A stretch of DNA of 64,000 bases from Candidatus Buchananbacteria bacterium (GCA_041665005.1 JBAYJR010000004.1:20669-84668); one strand, 5' to 3'. Positions 9,181 to 19,134 are shown, counted from the stretch's first letter. Program-made: numbers and translations. Notes: generated by a model from the sequence alone, not told the origin.

Positions 9181-9210
9181 TTGTTTTACTCCTAATAATT
9201 ATGTTATAAT
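9181..9210 (+). promoter_or_regulatory. Candidate sigma-70 promoter with extended -10 for the pilus operon
   Basis: TTGTTT at 9181-9186, an 18-nt spacer, then TGtTATAAT at 9202-9210, about 28 nt upstream of the pilB ATG. Confidence 0.45.
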
Positions 9211-9237
9211 ATACTAAGTTTTAATCTCTCAAACTCC

Positions 9238-10971
9238 ATGCTTAACCAACATCATTTATCCAAAATAATTGTCCAAGCCAAAATCGTGACTGAGGACAAA
9301 TTAAAAGAGCTGGAAACTGAAGCCCAAAAAAGGCAACAAAGCCTGGAAGATTATATAATTTCCCAAAAAATGATTAGCGAGGAAGCCCTTTACGAAACCG
9401 CAGCCAAGTATTACCAAGTTCCTTTCATTAATTTAAAAAATCAAGTAATCCGTAAAGATATTCTTTTTTTAGTGCCGGATATAGTCGCACAAAATCAACA
9501 AATCGTTGCCTTTGAGGCGGATAATAAAAACATCAGCCTGGCCACTTTAGATCCAGTTAACCTAGAAATTTTTGAGTTTATCAAGAAAAAAGCCAATTTG
9601 GAACCGAAAATATACCTAACCACCCCGGAAAGTATCAAAGAAGTAATCAAGCAGTATCACAAAGGTTTACAGGCAGAATTTAAAGATTTAGCTAAAGAAG
9701 AGGAAGTAGCTACCCTTAGTGAAAAAGGGGCTAAAGATTTAAAACAACTCGCCGAAGATTTACCGGTAGTACGCATTGTTGATACTTTATTAGAATACGC
9801 TATTTTAGAAGGTGCTTCGGATATCCACATTGAACCCGCCGAAAAAGAAATTAATGTCCGCTACCGAGTTGACGGTATTTTACGCAACGTTATGACTTTG
9901 CCTAAAACCGTCCAGTCGGGAGTAATCGCTAGAATTAAAATTTTGTCTAACCTAAAAATTGATGAACATCGCCTGCCTCAAGACGGCCGTTTTAAAGTCC
10001 AAACCAATGAATATAAAATTTCCTTCCGGGTTTCCATTATTCCCACCTTTGAAGGCGAAAAAGTGGTCTTGCGTTTACTAAATGAGCAAGCCAGAATTTT
10101 AACCTTAGAACAACTGGGCTTGCAAACAAAATCTTTAGAGGTAGTTAAAAGAAATATTACTAAGCCCCATGGCATTATTTTAGTCACCGGACCCACCGGC
10201 TCCGGCAAAACCACTACCTTATATACCGTTTTAAATTTACTAAACACTCCTCAGGTTAATATCTCTACTGTAGAAGACCCTATTGAATACCGTATGAACG
10301 GCGTTAACCAAAGCCAGGTTAACCCCCGCATTGGCTACACCTTTGCTTTAGGCTTACGCGCCTTGATGCGTCAAGACCCTAATATCATTATGGTTGGAGA
10401 AATTCGTGATACCGAAACCGCTGATATCGCCATTAACGCCGCCATGACCGGACATTTAGTCCTAAGTACTTTTCACACCAACGACGCCGCCACCGCCCTG
10501 CCCCGCTTACTAGACATGGGCATACCTTCTTTTTTAATCGCCTCCACTATTAATATTATTGTAGCGCAACGTTTGGTACGCAAAGTTTGTCAAAATTGTT
10601 TAGAAAGTTATAACTTAGATAAAAAATCCGCCACCGAAATTACTCAAGAATTCGATATCCCCTCCTTAATAAAAATGTTAGAAAAAGAAAAACTGGCTAG
10701 TAGTAAACAAACCTTAGAAACCATGCTTTTTTATCGTGGCAAGGGCTGTAAACAATGTAACAACGAAGGTTTTAAGGGGCGCCTGGGTATTTACGAAGTC
10801 CTAGAAATTACTCCCGAAATTTCTGATTTAATTTTAAAACGAGGCAGTTCAGACGAAATTAGAAATAAAGCCATTGAGCAGGGCATGCTTACTTTATTAC
10901 ATGATGGTTTTATTAAAGCCAAAACTGGCTTAACCACCATTGAAGAAGTTTTACGTGTTAGTAAAGAATAA
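9238..10971 (+). CDS. pilB: Type IV pilus assembly / type II secretion ATPase (PilB/GspE family)
   Basis: 577 aa with Walker A (GPTGSGKTT), Asp/His boxes and the C-terminal tetracysteine motif (CQNC...CKQCNNEGFKGRLG). N-terminal GspE-N-like domain. Confidence 0.9.
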   Translation: MLNQHHLSKIIVQAKIVTEDKLKELETEAQKRQQSLEDYIISQKMISEEALYETAAKYYQVPFINLKNQVIRKDILFLVPDIVAQNQQIVAFEADNKNISLATLDPVNLEIFEFIKKKANLEPKIYLTTPESIKEVIKQYHKGLQAEFKDLAKEEEVATLSEKGAKDLKQLAEDLPVVRIVDTLLEYAILEGASDIHIEPAEKEINVRYRVDGILRNVMTLPKTVQSGVIARIKILSNLKIDEHRLPQDGRFKVQTNEYKISFRVSIIPTFEGEKVVLRLLNEQARILTLEQLGLQTKSLEVVKRNITKPHGIILVTGPTGSGKTTTLYTVLNLLNTPQVNISTVEDPIEYRMNGVNQSQVNPRIGYTFALGLRALMRQDPNIIMVGEIRDTETADIAINAAMTGHLVLSTFHTNDAATALPRLLDMGIPSFLIASTINIIVAQRLVRKVCQNCLESYNLDKKSATEITQEFDIPSLIKMLEKEKLASSKQTLETMLFYRGKGCKQCNNEGFKGRLGIYEVLEITPEISDLILKRGSSDEIRNKAIEQGMLTLLHDGFIKAKTGLTTIEEVLRVSKE

Positions 10972-10986
10972 ACTAATTTACCTTTT

Positions 10987-12054
10987 ATGAACTTAGAAAA
11001 AGCTTGGCAAAATTGGCAAAAAATTCCAGCGATGCAAAAAATTTTTATGGTCCAAAATTTGGCCGTCATGATTAAGGTCGGCATTTCTTTGTCAGAAGCT
11101 CTAAAAACTTTAGCCCTGCAAAGTACTTCTAAAAAATTAGCTAATATTTTGGTTGATCTACAACAAAAAGTAGAAAAAGGCAACGAACTAGGCAAATCTT
11201 TAGAAATCTATCAAAAAGATTTTGGCGAACTTTTTGTTAATATGGTTAAAGCTGGCGAAGCTTCCGGTAAACTGGAAGATGTTTTAAACCAACTTTATAT
11301 TCAAATGAAAAAAGATCATGAAATTTCTAGCAAAATAAAAGGAGCGATGATCTATCCCATTATTGTTGTCACCACCATGTTGGTAGTTGGTGTTTTAATG
11401 ATGATTTATGTTATTCCTAGCTTAACTGTAGTCTTTAAAGAGGTGGATGTAGAACTGCCTTTGGCTACTCGCATTTTAATTAACACCTCTGATTTTATGG
11501 CCGCCAATACTTTGTGGCTAGGCTTAGCCGGTTTGGTTTTAGTAGTTGCAATCATTAAATTCTTTAGTACCGAAACTGGTAAATTTTGGCTATCAAAATT
11601 TACCGTCTATGCGCCAATTATTTCCCCCGTGGCCAAAAAAATAAACTTAGCAAGATTTTCTCGTACTTTAAGCTCTTTATTAAAAACCGACATAGCCATT
11701 ATTCAAACTTTGCAAATTACTAGCCAAGTTATCACTAATCGTTTATACCGCCAAGCTTTATTAGAGGCAGCCGAAAAAGTAAAAAAAGGGGTCCGATTAG
11801 CAGAAATTTTTAATGACTACCCCCGACTATTCCCCCCCTTGATTATTCAAATGATTACGGTGGGCGAAGAAACCGGGGCAATTGATGATATTTTAGATAA
11901 AATTGCTAATTATTACGAAGAAGATGTTACTCAAACCATGAACACCCTACCTTCAATTATTGAGCCAGTTTTAATGGTAGTTTTGGGCGTCGCAGTCGCC
12001 GGCATGGCCGTAGCGGTAATTATGCCAATGTATACTCTAACCGAAACAATGTAA
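10987..12054 (+). CDS. pilC: Type IV pilus / T2SS inner-membrane platform protein (PilC/GspF family)
   Basis: 355 aa with a duplicated GspF domain and 3 TM segments. Immediately downstream of pilB. Confidence 0.85.
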   Translation: MNLEKAWQNWQKIPAMQKIFMVQNLAVMIKVGISLSEALKTLALQSTSKKLANILVDLQQKVEKGNELGKSLEIYQKDFGELFVNMVKAGEASGKLEDVLNQLYIQMKKDHEISSKIKGAMIYPIIVVTTMLVVGVLMMIYVIPSLTVVFKEVDVELPLATRILINTSDFMAANTLWLGLAGLVLVVAIIKFFSTETGKFWLSKFTVYAPIISPVAKKINLARFSRTLSSLLKTDIAIIQTLQITSQVITNRLYRQALLEAAEKVKKGVRLAEIFNDYPRLFPPLIIQMITVGEETGAIDDILDKIANYYEEDVTQTMNTLPSIIEPVLMVVLGVAVAGMAVAVIMPMYTLTETM

Positions 12055-12512
12055 TGCTAAATCAAAGCTTTCGTCACGGTTTTTCGCTAATTGAAATGGT
12101 GGTTTTAATTTCCATTATCGGCGTAGTGACCATGATAACTATGCCCCTAATTCAAAACTACCAACCAACCTTAAGGCTAAACACTGCTTCCCGAAATTTA
12201 GCCACTGATTTGCGTTACGCCCAGCAACGCACAGTTACCGAGCAAACCAACTACCAAATTGCTTTTGATTTACCTAATCGCACTTATCAGGTTATCAAGA
12301 AAGCCACTGGCCAAATAATAAAAACCGTTACTATTAGCAACGACTTAAATTGGTCCATTAATCAACCGGGCTTTACTAATGATCGCGTGGAATTTGTAAT
12401 AACCGGAGCCGCCTTACAAGCCGGCCAATTAGTAATTACTAATCGTCAAAATCGTTTTTTAACTATTGAAATAAAACCTTCTGGTTATGTTAAAATTTCC
12501 CAAACCAACTAG
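12054..12512 (+). CDS. Prepilin-type N-terminal cleavage/methylation domain protein (pseudopilin)
   Basis: Class III signal ...RHG|FSLIEMVVLISIIGVV. The start overlaps the pilC stop (TAATG). Confidence 0.7.
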   Translation: MLNQSFRHGFSLIEMVVLISIIGVVTMITMPLIQNYQPTLRLNTASRNLATDLRYAQQRTVTEQTNYQIAFDLPNRTYQVIKKATGQIIKTVTISNDLNWSINQPGFTNDRVEFVITGAALQAGQLVITNRQNRFLTIEIKPSGYVKISQTN

Positions 12513-12921
12513 ACCCGGCTTTACTTTAATCGAAGTGGCAATTTCTATTTTTTTAGTTTCTGCCATTGCCACTACTATTTTAAGTATGTTCCCGTTTATT
12601 CTAAGAATTGGCAAAAATTCCGAAATGAATTCTTTAGCCACTGCTCTAGCTCAGGGAAAAATTGAAGAGCTATCAACCGGTGACTACGACAGCTTAACAA
12701 CCGGCACTTTGGAAAATCATGTTCGTGTATCCACCAATCCTGAAAGTTTTTTTTACAACTACTGGCGCACTACTACCATTAATTACCTTGACACCAACTT
12801 AATAACTTCGGCTAGCGACCAAGGTTTAAAAAAAGTGGCCGTTACTATTTATTGGAAAATTGCAATTTCTTTACCGATCGAAAAAAGTCTAACTATTCAA
12901 TCAATAATTGCCAAAAAATGA
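12487..12921 (+). CDS. Type IV pilin-like protein
   Basis: Canonical prepilin motif KPTRPG|FTLIEVAISIFLV. Confidence 0.7.
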   Translation: MLKFPKPTRPGFTLIEVAISIFLVSAIATTILSMFPFILRIGKNSEMNSLATALAQGKIEELSTGDYDSLTTGTLENHVRVSTNPESFFYNYWRTTTINYLDTNLITSASDQGLKKVAVTIYWKIAISLPIEKSLTIQSIIAKK

Positions 12922-13487
12922 AGCTAGCTTACAAAAACCTAGGATTTACTTTAGCCGAAACCATCGTCGCGATTGGTCTTTTAGCCTTATTAGTTTTACT
13001 GGTACTTTCTGTTTTTATGTTAGCCCAGAAAGCTTATTGGCAAAATGATAACCGCGCGGAATTAATCCAAAATGGTCGCGTAATTTTAGATCGCTTAGAA
13101 AGAGAACTAAGACAAGCCAGCGATATTGTAACCGAAATCCCTCCAGACGATAGCAACTCGCTCTTAATACCCCATGAAATTATCTTCCAAGATGGTCATG
13201 ACTCTACCACTATTCATTATTTGCGTTATTACCTAAATGGCCAAAATTTAAAAAGACAAATAATTGCTTATTACTTCAGCGAAAGTCCTAACACCTATGT
13301 CAAACATGACTCCGTGGATATCTATAGCAACCCGCCCCAGAAACTAATCCTAGAAGACAACATTGTGGGTGAATACCTAGACAATATTAGTTTCTATGGT
13401 AATGACATTATTTATATTTTTTTACAACTGAGCAACAAAAATAAACAAATTAATTTACTAACTGGATTTTATGCGAGAAATTTATAA
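12918..13487 (+). CDS. Type IV pilin-like protein
   Basis: The internal ATG at 12918 gives MKLAYKNLG|FTLAETIVAIGLLALLVLLV, a prepilin signal. The track ORF starts earlier (12852), overlapping the previous gene. Confidence 0.6.
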   Translation: MKLAYKNLGFTLAETIVAIGLLALLVLLVLSVFMLAQKAYWQNDNRAELIQNGRVILDRLERELRQASDIVTEIPPDDSNSLLIPHEIIFQDGHDSTTIHYLRYYLNGQNLKRQIIAYYFSESPNTYVKHDSVDIYSNPPQKLILEDNIVGEYLDNISFYGNDIIYIFLQLSNKNKQINLLTGFYARNL

Positions 13488-14715
13488 AAAAATAGACTCC
13501 AAGGGTTTTGCTTTAATTGCTTCCATGGTAGTAATGACGGCCTTAATTCTGTTAGGAGTTTACGCTTTAAATTTTACTATCGGCGAACATGGTATTTCAC
13601 AAAGCCAAAGCCAGGCCACTAAAACTTACTACTTTGCCGAGGCCGGAATTAATGAAATGATTCATAAAGTCAAAAGTGATTACAATACTACTCAAGCTTT
13701 TTTAAACGGCTCACTTAATTCTAGCTTTACCATCAACCGAAGTGATGTCTTGGCTGATCCCAAAGCTTCTTACTTAGTAACTATTATTAGCACTGGCCCC
13801 GCTACCGCACAAATTATCGCTACTTCCACCTACCAAATCGGCAACACTGTCGCCCGCCGCGTTATTAAAGCAGATATTAATAAGGCTACTAACAGCACCG
13901 AAACCTGGCCCAGTGGTTTGGTAGCTGGTGGACTCGATGGTTATATTAAATTTACCGGCAACAACGGCAACTATACTGAAACCGGCGGAAAAATTCATGC
14001 TAACGGCTTTATCCAAGTTACCGGCAACAACACTACCGTTAAAATTAACAACGGCTCACTTTCTGCCAAACAATCAATCACCGTTGCTGGCAATAATAGC
14101 AGTATTGCAACTCCCCCGCCCTCCTACCAATCAACTCCCACCTCTACTACTATAAACCTACCACAAATTGATTTTAACTCGGCCGCTACTACCTCCTGGT
14201 ACAACCGGGCCAACACTAAAATGACTTGTACCGAATTTCGTAATTTATTTGGCAATAACCAAACCATCAATTTAACCGGCGTTACTTATGTTTCCAACTG
14301 CACCGGCTTAACTATTAGCGGCAATAACAATACTTTGAACATTAAGGGTATTTTAGTAATCTATGGCGGTATTACTTTTGGTGGTAATAATTTAATTTTT
14401 AAAATTTCTCCTGAAACCGATCATCCGGAAAACGGCGCCGGAATTTTAGTTAGTGGTAACCTGACGATTAACGGCAATAATTTGAGCGCTAATGTTAACG
14501 GCTTAATATACACCGCTGGTAATTTAAACATTGGCGGCAATAATCCAATTTTAGCTTTCAAAGGTGGGATTGTTTGTAACTCAGCCGACTTTGGTCATAA
14601 CAATTCTACTTTAAATTTAATTTACGATGAATCAGTAATCTTACCGCCTTTAGCGCCCGCCCTAAATACTGATTCACCAATCATCAGAATTAACCATTGG
14701 GAAGAACAATATTAA
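13471..14715 (+). CDS. Large pilin-like protein (PilX-N-like N-terminus plus Gly-Asn-Asn repeat beta-solenoid-like region); possible pilus tip or minor pilin adhesin
   Basis: N-terminus KG|FALIASMVVMTALILLG is a degenerate prepilin signal lacking Glu5. The body contains about 8 repeats of x(T/S)GNN (TGNNGNYTETGG, VTGNNTTVKINNG, SGNNNTLNIKG, NGNNLSANVNG, GGNNPILAFKG). Confidence 0.5.
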   Translation: MREIYKKIDSKGFALIASMVVMTALILLGVYALNFTIGEHGISQSQSQATKTYYFAEAGINEMIHKVKSDYNTTQAFLNGSLNSSFTINRSDVLADPKASYLVTIISTGPATAQIIATSTYQIGNTVARRVIKADINKATNSTETWPSGLVAGGLDGYIKFTGNNGNYTETGGKIHANGFIQVTGNNTTVKINNGSLSAKQSITVAGNNSSIATPPPSYQSTPTSTTINLPQIDFNSAATTSWYNRANTKMTCTEFRNLFGNNQTINLTGVTYVSNCTGLTISGNNNTLNIKGILVIYGGITFGGNNLIFKISPETDHPENGAGILVSGNLTINGNNLSANVNGLIYTAGNLNIGGNNPILAFKGGIVCNSADFGHNNSTLNLIYDESVILPPLAPALNTDSPIIRINHWEEQY

Positions 14716-14717
14716 CT

Positions 14718-15788
14718 ATGTCTTTTTTAAACCCTTCGCCTCAAGCTTTTGGTTTAGACATTAACGATTTTTCCTTAAAATTAGTTAAGTTGGTTAAGCT
14801 TGGCAAAAAAATTGAACTAAAGTCCTACAACCTAATAACAATTCCCCCGGGAGTAGTTAGTAATGGCGAAATTAAAGATCCACTAGTTTTTATTACTAGC
14901 CTACAAAAACTAATCAAAACCCGACACGGTGGTGGTTCCTTAGGCCGCGAAGTAATAACTGTTTTGCCAGAAACTAAAACTTTTCTTAAAAATATCATCA
15001 TTGATAAACCAGACAACAATGAAGACTTGGAACCAAAAATTATTAAAGAAATAGAAAAAAATCTGCCTTACAATTTATTAGAGGTTTATTTAGACTGGCA
15101 AATTTTTAACCAACCCAACGAAAACAAAACGAATATTTTAGTGGGCGCCGCCCCCCAAAAAGTAGTTAACGAATATTTAGCCGTCTTACAACAAGCCGGA
15201 CTAGCTCCTTTAGCCTTAGAAATTGAAGCCGTAGCTCTTGGTCGATCTTTAATAAACCCTAAACAAGATTTAACTGACACCGCCTCAATTATTATTGATC
15301 TGGGAGCCACCCGTAGTGGTTTAGTAATTTATAATCAAGGCATCCCCCAAACTACCATCAGTCTACCCATTGCTGGCAATCAAATTACCCAAAAAATTAT
15401 CGATACCCTACAACTCAATTGGGAACAAGCCGAAAAGGCTAAAATAATTTGCGGTTTAAACAAAGCTAAATGCAGCGGCGCTTTAAATGAAATTTTGGAT
15501 CAAACTTTTACTGATTTAGCCGAAAAAATAAACCAAGCCGTAGAATTTTATTATGACCACTTTACTAACCCTAATAAAATTAAAGAAATTTTAATTTGTG
15601 GTGGTGGTGCTAATTTTTCTGAAATTGATGAGGTATTAACCCAAAAAACCGGTATTACCACTAAAATTGGTAACCCTTGGATTAATTTAGCCAATAACCA
15701 AAAAACTCCCCTACCCAACGACCAGGCTCTAATTTTTACCTCGGCGATTGGCTTAGCCTTAAGAGGTTTAGATTCAGAAAATATATGA
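14718..15788 (+). CDS. pilM: Type IV pilus assembly protein PilM (actin-like ATPase fold)
   Basis: Start MSFLNPSPQAFGLDINDFSLKLVKL... matches the PilM N-terminus. The protein has two sugar-kinase/actin-like lobes. The track start 14697 is a TTG upstream. Confidence 0.8.
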   Translation: MSFLNPSPQAFGLDINDFSLKLVKLVKLGKKIELKSYNLITIPPGVVSNGEIKDPLVFITSLQKLIKTRHGGGSLGREVITVLPETKTFLKNIIIDKPDNNEDLEPKIIKEIEKNLPYNLLEVYLDWQIFNQPNENKTNILVGAAPQKVVNEYLAVLQQAGLAPLALEIEAVALGRSLINPKQDLTDTASIIIDLGATRSGLVIYNQGIPQTTISLPIAGNQITQKIIDTLQLNWEQAEKAKIICGLNKAKCSGALNEILDQTFTDLAEKINQAVEFYYDHFTNPNKIKEILICGGGANFSEIDEVLTQKTGITTKIGNPWINLANNQKTPLPNDQALIFTSAIGLALRGLDSENI

Positions 15789-16318
15789 TGATTACTTTAA
15801 ATATTATTTCTCCTCAACAAAAAGAAGATTTAAAACTAAAAAAGCTTTACCATGAAGCCCGAAATTTAATTACTATTATTTTATTGTTTACTATTATCGC
15901 CGCGATTATGGTTTTAGTCGCCCGTTACATTTTACAAAAAGAATTTTATGAGCTAGTCAAGCAAAACACCCTAGTTTCGCAGAGTAACCAAAAAATTAAC
16001 CGTCAAATCAGAACTCTAAACCAACAAGTAACAACTGTGGATAAAATACAAACTCAATACAAAGACTATCATGCTTTTTTGGGAAATTTTTTTCAACTCG
16101 TACCATCAGGAATACAGCTTTACTACTTTAAAATTAACTCCGAACAAATAACAGAGCTTAAGGGCCGAGCCACTACTCGTGACGCCTTGCTGACTTTTAA
16201 GCAAGCTTTGGAGAAAAATCCCGGCCTCAGCAACATCAACTTACCCGTCAGTAACCTTTTAGATCAAACTAATCTTAATTTTTCTTTAACTTGCAAAATA
16301 ACTACTTGGCTAAAATAA
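15785..16318 (+). CDS. PilN-like bitopic membrane protein
   Basis: 177 aa with a single N-terminal TM then a coiled region. The start overlaps the pilM stop (ATGA). Position and topology match PilN. Confidence 0.5.
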   Translation: MMITLNIISPQQKEDLKLKKLYHEARNLITIILLFTIIAAIMVLVARYILQKEFYELVKQNTLVSQSNQKINRQIRTLNQQVTTVDKIQTQYKDYHAFLGNFFQLVPSGIQLYYFKINSEQITELKGRATTRDALLTFKQALEKNPGLSNINLPVSNLLDQTNLNFSLTCKITTWLK

Positions 16319-16319
16319 T

Positions 16320-16883
16320 ATGACTTGGATGAAAAAAAAGGTTTTTTTAACTCTCGGCGGCTTAATTATCTTTTTGCTGATAATTTTTGAATTTTTTATT
16401 GTCCAGGCCGTTACTGATATAAAACAGATTAATCAAGAAGTTTATCGTCAGCGCCAAGAATTGGAAGAAAAATTTTTAGCCGGCCAAAACTTACGCAAGA
16501 CCACTGAGGATTTAAAAAAATTAGAGGAAAAAATACCCGAACTAAATTTTATTTTTGTTGAAGAAAATAAAGAATTAGAGTTTATTACCGCCTTAGAAAA
16601 AATTGCCAAAAATAATTCTTTAACCCAAAAAATAGAACTGGATAATAACGCCGAAATTATCTCGGCCAACATCAAAGCCTTGCCTTTACGTCTCTATTTA
16701 TCTGGTAGCTTTAATAAATTTACAAACTATCTAACCGACTTGCAAAAATTAAATTACTATATTAACTTTGACACCCTAACTGTCAACAACGCCCAAGGCA
16801 CCAACAAAAGCCAAGAACTATCCGGAGAAACCTTAGAGTTTTTTATTGGGGGAAAAATCTTTTGGCGCAAACTTAATATTTAA
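16320..16883 (+). CDS. PilO-like bitopic membrane protein
   Basis: 187 aa with an N-terminal TM and coiled-coil (EELEEKFLAGQNLRKTTEDLKKLEEK), immediately after the pilN-like gene. Confidence 0.45.
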   Translation: MTWMKKKVFLTLGGLIIFLLIIFEFFIVQAVTDIKQINQEVYRQRQELEEKFLAGQNLRKTTEDLKKLEEKIPELNFIFVEENKELEFITALEKIAKNNSLTQKIELDNNAEIISANIKALPLRLYLSGSFNKFTNYLTDLQKLNYYINFDTLTVNNAQGTNKSQELSGETLEFFIGGKIFWRKLNI

Positions 16884-16895
16884 TTGCAAATCCCT

Positions 16896-17231
16896 ATGAA
16901 CGAACAACTAAGAAAAATTAAACAACTAATTGCGCAAGCACCACTTTACAAAATAATTCGCTTTGGCTATTTATTTACTATTATTTTAATTATTACCTGC
17001 TTAGTCGGTTTATTTTATTTTTTGTACAATAATTTTTATGAGACTTTATCACAAACCAAAAAAATTGAACTACTCCGAAAACAGGTTCCCTTAGAAGCAG
17101 TAAATACTAAACTATTTCAAATCGTAGAACAGCGCTTACAACAAAAAACTAACAATACCACTACCACTGAAATCAGCAACCCCTTTACTAAACCAGCTGA
17201 AATCGCCACTTCTACCAAAAAAATTAAATAA
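16896..17231 (+). CDS. Hypothetical membrane-anchored protein (last gene of the pilus operon)
   Basis: ATG at 16896 (the track uses TTG at 16884). It has a single TM helix and is followed by a terminator. Confidence 0.35.
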   Translation: MNEQLRKIKQLIAQAPLYKIIRFGYLFTIILIITCLVGLFYFLYNNFYETLSQTKKIELLRKQVPLEAVNTKLFQIVEQRLQQKTNNTTTTEISNPFTKPAEIATSTKKIK

Positions 17232-17249
17232 CCTTTTCTTTAGCTAATA

Positions 17250-17281
17250 AAAAAAGCGTGGCGTAAGCCACGATTTTTTTA
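17250..17281 (+). terminator. Bidirectional intrinsic terminator
   Basis: Hairpin GCGTGGC-gtaa-GCCACG flanked by an A-run upstream and TTTTTTT at 17274-17280. It lies between the convergent pilus operon and the nfu-like gene. Confidence 0.65.
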
Positions 17282-17291
17282 TTCTACAAAA

Positions 17292-17516
17292 TTAAACTGC
17301 CACAACTTCTTTAACTTCCGGTAATTCTTCCTTGATCCGACTTTCCACTAAAGATTTTAAAGTAATCTGTGCCATTGGACAATGTGCGCAAGCACCAATT
17401 AATCTAACTTCCAGACGACCCTTGGCCTGATCAAAATTAACCAATTCAATGTCGCCACCATCCTGTTGAATCTGCGGACGAATTTTGGCCAACACTTTTG
17501 TTATTTTAGCTTGCAT
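17292..17516 (-). CDS. NifU-like (Nfu) Fe-S cluster scaffold domain protein
   Basis: 74 aa with the Nfu C-terminal-domain signature GACAHCPMAQITLK. Confidence 0.8.
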   Translation of the reverse strand: MQAKITKVLAKIRPQIQQDGGDIELVNFDQAKGRLEVRLIGACAHCPMAQITLKSLVESRIKEELPEVKEVVAV

Positions 17517-17540
17517 AATATCAAAAATTATTTTTTAAGT

Positions 17541-17580
17541 TTTTTTTAAAAAAAGGGGGGTTATTTTTAGCCTTAACCCC
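17541..17580 (-). terminator. Intrinsic terminator for ORF 17584..17850
   Basis: Minus-strand hairpin GGGGTTA-n10-TAACCCC followed by UUUUUUU (the plus-strand A-run at 17548-17554). Confidence 0.5.
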
Positions 17581-17583
17581 ACT

Positions 17584-17850
17584 TTACCAAAATCTAATCT
17601 TGCCAATCACCCAACTTATTGTTTCATTACAATTTTCAGCTAAATGATAAATCGGATGAAATCCGTACTTAATTAATTTCCTACCAAAATCATAAGAAAT
17701 TAACTTTTGGTACAATCGGGTCTTAGTTAAATTATTTCCTTGTTTAACTAAAAAAGCCGGAAAAAATCTAATTAGGACCATAAAGCCTAAAAGATAGATG
17801 AGTTTGGACAAAACAAACCCACCTACTGAAAAAATTAATAACTTAGTCAA
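17584..17850 (-). CDS. Hypothetical small membrane protein
   Basis: 88-aa ORF with one hydrophobic helix. Weak coding evidence. Confidence 0.3.
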   Translation of the reverse strand: MTKLLIFSVGGFVLSKLIYLLGFMVLIRFFPAFLVKQGNNLTKTRLYQKLISYDFGRKLIKYGFHPIYHLAENCNETISWVIGKIRFW

Positions 17851-17907
17851 GTTACGCCCTCCTTTGATTTTTTACTAGTCTACCTTAAAAACTTAAAAAA
17901 ATCAAGT

Positions 17908-18663
17908 CTATTTCAATAAACCAGAAACCACAATTATTACCGCTTGGCCATTGGAGACCTGGCCTTGATTCCAGTCATGAATTGCCTCAATTAATCTTTG
18001 ATACAAATACTGATAGCCCGAGCCATTTTTGGTACCCGGATCATTAGTAATAAAACTTTTATCATTATAACCACGAATTACTAACATATGATACAGTGGC
18101 CCGGGATTACGAAAATTAGGATTACCTAATTCCCGACCGGCTACTGGTATAATAATCGGATTACCCTTAAGCAACTCGCCTTTAATCAACTCCGGAGTGA
18201 CTGTCTTGACAGCTCTAGCATTAATTGAGAAATAATCCGCTAAAATTTTTACTACTTCTGAGGCCGTTAAATCAATGGCGTAACCTTGTTTTTGCTCCCA
18301 AGCTACTAGCTTTAAGATTTCTTCGTTCATTATCGCAGCCGAAAGCGTTTCCTGTTTAAAATACTTAGCCACCATAATCATTGAGGCCTCTTCGCAGGCC
18401 TCATTATAGAGTGGCCGCCAATCTCCCAACGGTGCCTGGGAGGCAAAAGGAACCGACAACAAATGGCTTACAGGTATCTTAGAATTATCACTATCTAAAA
18501 CCACCATCTCAGAATTTAGCTTTGGCGCGTTTTTGTTCGCTAACTCTTGATTAATAACCGGCGCAACGATGCCTATTTGAGTAGGTTTGGTTGCCAACTT
18601 AGCCTGGTTAGTACAGCCAAATAGAAACAAGGGAATAATTAAAATTTTTAAGATTTTAGTCAT
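17908..18663 (-). CDS. Putative lipoprotein, possibly a papain/C39-like peptidase fold
   Basis: N-terminal lipobox MTKILKILIIPLFLFGC. The C-terminal region has His/Asn-rich motifs (HMLVIRGYNDKSFITNDPG) reminiscent of the C39-like peptidase family. The family assignment is tentative. Confidence 0.45.
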   Translation of the reverse strand: MTKILKILIIPLFLFGCTNQAKLATKPTQIGIVAPVINQELANKNAPKLNSEMVVLDSDNSKIPVSHLLSVPFASQAPLGDWRPLYNEACEEASMIMVAKYFKQETLSAAIMNEEILKLVAWEQKQGYAIDLTASEVVKILADYFSINARAVKTVTPELIKGELLKGNPIIIPVAGRELGNPNFRNPGPLYHMLVIRGYNDKSFITNDPGTKNGSGYQYLYQRLIEAIHDWNQGQVSNGQAVIIVVSGLLK

Positions 18664-18687
18664 TTTAATAAAGTTAAGGCTAAATTC

Positions 18688-18716
18688 TTGACTTATTTTA
18701 GCAAATAGTTTATAAT
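18688..18716 (+). promoter_or_regulatory. Consensus sigma-70 promoter for rpmA
   Basis: TTGACT at 18688-18693, a 17-nt spacer, then TATAAT at 18711-18716. Confidence 0.6.
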
Positions 18717-18783
18717 ATGGGAAGTTAAAAAATAATCAAGTTAATTCCGCCAAAACGGAATTACTTCTTTTGTTAAAAATTAT

Positions 18784-19065
18784 ATGGCTCATAAAAAAGC
18801 AGGTGCTTCTACTTCACTTGGTCGCGATTCACAAAGTAAACGACTAGGCGTTAAATTATACGGCGCTGAATACGCTAAAGCTGGCAGTATTATTGTCCGT
18901 CAACGAGGCAGTAAAATTCGTCCCGGTAAAAATACATTACTTGGTAGCGACGATACTATTTTCTCTACCATAACCGGTAAGGTCAAATTTACCACCAAGA
19001 CTAAAATTAATTTTGACGGTTCTCGAAAAAAGCGACCGGTTGTTTCTGTTGAACCCTTAACTTAA
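18784..19065 (+). CDS. rpmA: 50S ribosomal protein L27
   Basis: [50 protein letters not shown]... is a near-canonical L27. Confidence 0.95.
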   Translation: MAHKKAGASTSLGRDSQSKRLGVKLYGAEYAKAGSIIVRQRGSKIRPGKNTLLGSDDTIFSTITGKVKFTTKTKINFDGSRKKRPVVSVEPLT

Positions 19066-19085
19066 TTTAAAAAATACTACTAGAC

Positions 19086-19118
19086 CAAAAACCCGAGTTT
19101 GCTCGGGTTTTTGTTTTA
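19086..19118 (+). terminator. Intrinsic terminator (bidirectional) between rpmA and rplI
   Basis: ACCCGAG-tttg-CTCGGGT hairpin at 19091-19108 followed by TTTTTGTTTT. Confidence 0.7.
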
Positions 19119-19134
19119 AAATATTTACTAAAAA

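Noticed and set aside
12852-12917. Long N-terminal extensions from track starts such as 12852, 14697, 16884, 29730, 37177, 50876 and 60248
   Set aside because: These use TTG or GTG alternative starts. In each case an ATG with better context (RBS, operon overlap or family-conserved N-terminus) lies downstream, so the shorter models were used.
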